A stretch of DNA of 64,000 nt from an uncultured bacterium (GTDB taxonomy: Bacteria > Verrucomicrobiota > Kiritimatiellia > RFP12 > CAIWXQ01): NCBI GenBank assembly GCA_903916675.1, contig CAIWXQ010000044.1, forward strand, positions 1,165 through 65,164, in the 5' to 3' direction. The notes beneath the pieces were generated by a model, which ran no database searches, had not been told where the DNA came from, and saw nothing but the letters and a program-made list of their open reading frames with translations. Positions within the stretch are counted from its first letter, which is position 1. Every line of letters starts with the position of its first letter. Below are positions 63,759 to 64,000 of the stretch, piece by piece. Made by a program: the position numbers and the translations under genes.

Positions 63759-64000
63759 TCAGTAGTTTCGACCGAAATCTATTCGGGGGCCAATTGGGGT
63801 GCCGGAACCTGCCGGATTGTCCCTCCGAATGTTTCTACAAAACGACCTAGAGGAGGCTGGGCGGGTGGTGTGCAGGTGCAACGTCGGATGACACTGCCGC
63901 CGCTACACTGCGGAGGGGTACCATTTCCCATTGGCTGAAGCTAGCTGGACGTTGTGCAGCACCGTGCTAGTTGACGGGAAACGCCGTTTTCGTGCAGCCA

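Overview
GC-rich bacterial chromosomal segment: sampled 60-nt lines count about 60-65% G+C.

Contents: about 57 protein-coding genes, one tRNA-Gly(CCC), one apparently intact IS91-family insertion sequence with an abutting tyrosine recombinase, one disrupted DUF4091-like gene, and several families of structured intergenic repeats.

Most genes are housekeeping and sit on the minus strand in long co-directional runs:
- rsmD-coaD-yceD-rpmF-plsX
- ettA and der
- trxB and queA
- gcvT-gatC-gatA-gatB, followed by three secretion-type ATPases (PilB-like, PilT, PilB-like)
- sigma-fragment gene, then trmB-thrS-infC-thiD-HAD-thiC-MATE-MFS-ykgJ-rnr-GH94

The gene content suggests a Verrucomicrobiota/PVC-type organism, by inference only. 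The indicators are an autotransporter-associated beta-strand repeat protein, a TIGR03790-like protein, DUF4091-like, GH5 and GH94 genes, and orphan PilB/PilT.

Three short lower-G+C islets hold orphan genes, at about 10250-10740, 31000-32950 and 42840-43960. No rRNA, CRISPR array or prophage was seen.

The ORF track renders GTG/TTG starts as M (for example 59073 GTG, 26307 TTG, 58273 TTG). Several starts were therefore re-set from conserved N-termini.

Most notable observations:
1. A dispersed family of roughly 90-100 nt imperfect hairpins whose arms are built of about 7-nt GAA-phased words. They sit in operon spacers in a fixed orientation relative to transcription.
2. A lower-G+C islet with a GNAT gene plus an orphan ORF showing an H-G-S / Y / Y / E pattern spaced like PARP-type ADP-ribosyltransferases.
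3. A 118-aa protein that looks like a stand-alone sigma-70 region-2 domain.
4. A thiD-HAD-thiC arrangement without a recognisable TPP riboswitch, plus a thiamine pyrophosphokinase elsewhere in the window.
5. infC with a non-AUG start and a Pro/Ala tail.

All functional calls rest on by-eye motif recognition. No database search was run.
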